Notes under the pieces: generated by a model | The model's database searches: none | Told to the model about the DNA's origin: nothing | What the model saw: the letters and a program-made list of their open reading frames with translations, nothing else | Origin: Octopus sinensis | Taxonomy: Eukaryota | Assembly: GCF_006345805.1 (NCBI RefSeq) | Contig: NC_043008.1 | Location: 68,448,001 to 68,512,000, forward strand | Direction: 5' to 3' | DNA length: 64,000 nucleotides | Shown: one piece after another, positions 62,990 through 64,000 of the stretch | Position numbering within the stretch: position 1 is the first letter of the stretch | How the letters are laid out: each line of letters opens with the position of its first letter | Translations under genes and position numbers: made by a program

Positions 62990-64000
62990 TACTAATACTA
63001 AATACTGTAACCTACAATCATAATATAACCACCAATACTAACTACAATAGCCATAAATACTAACTACAGTAGCCATGAATATTAATAATAATTACTATAA
63101 CCAACAATACTAACCGACTGATACAGCAACCAACAGTAACTATTACAAACACCAAAACAAATTACTATAAACATCAAAGTCGACTATTCCAACCATTAAT
63201 ACTAACCATTAATGCTAACTACTTCAACTACCAATATTAACTACATTAACCACTCATTCTAATACAACCATGAATATAAATTACTAAAACTACTATTAAT
63301 ACTAACTTCTATAACCACAAACACTATCTACTTTAATCACCAATGTTACTGTAGTCACTAATGGTAACAACCATAACCACTAATACTAACTCACTATTGA
63401 TAATAACAGCTATAACGACCAATATTAACTATTATAACCACCAATACTTACTACTACAGCTACTAATACTAAACTTCTTTAGTCACCAATACTAACTAAA
63501 ATAACCACTAATACTGATACTAACTATTATAGCTACCAATACTAACTACTACAGCTACTAACGGTAGCTACTATAGTCATCACATACTAACTGCTATAAC
63601 CGTCAATACTAATGCAACCACCACTTGTAACAACTGCAACTACTTATATTAACTACAATAACCACTAATACTAACAACGATAACCATTGATACTAACCAC
63701 TATAGCCAATAATACTAACTATAATAATACCAACCAATACTAACTATAATAATACCAACCAATACTAACTACCATAACCAGCAATACTAGCTACTATAGC
63801 CTCTAATACTAACCATTATAGTTACTGCAACTAACAACTAATGATAACTATTATAACCAATACTAATTAATTACTATAACCACCTATACTAATCACTATA
63901 ATATCTAATGACTAATCACCGTAATTACCAATACCAATTGCTGTAACTACCAATGCTAACTATAATAGCCAGCAGTACTAACTAGTATAACCACCAATGA
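62990..64000. repeat. Degenerate ~21-22-bp minisatellite / low-complexity array (TAACCACCAATACTAACTACTA), runs off the window
   Basis: Repeated AATACTAACTA and ATAACCA motifs; G almost absent on the + strand. Confidence 0.85.

Overview
Eukaryotic, AT-rich, repeat-dense genomic DNA. The repeat families suggest an octopod cephalopod, but this is inference only. The window holds the 3' part of a + strand EXOSC10/RRP6 gene (nuclear exosome DEDD-Y 3'-5' exoribonuclease). I can splice 14 coding exons from 6253 to 57730 with GT-AG boundaries and consistent phases: 1719 nt, 572 aa plus stop, including the exonuclease and HRDC domains. The N-terminal exons were not found and probably lie upstream of the window. 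The introns and 3' flank are full of mobile-element relics: two piggyBac-type elements, a maT/Tc1-mariner element, Helitrons, a BEL/Pao LTR element with both LTRs and its TSD, a CRE-clade LINE end, RTE LINE 3' ends, tRNA-derived SINEs, MITEs and satellites. Almost all other ORFs in the track are repeat or microsatellite artefacts. No CRISPR array, rRNA or true tRNA gene was seen. The most interesting signal is a structurally complete type I hammerhead ribozyme (41041-41088), on the sense strand of an EXOSC10 intron. It sits inside a young ~850-bp partial-tandem plus inverted element that resembles a Penelope-type or retrozyme element.
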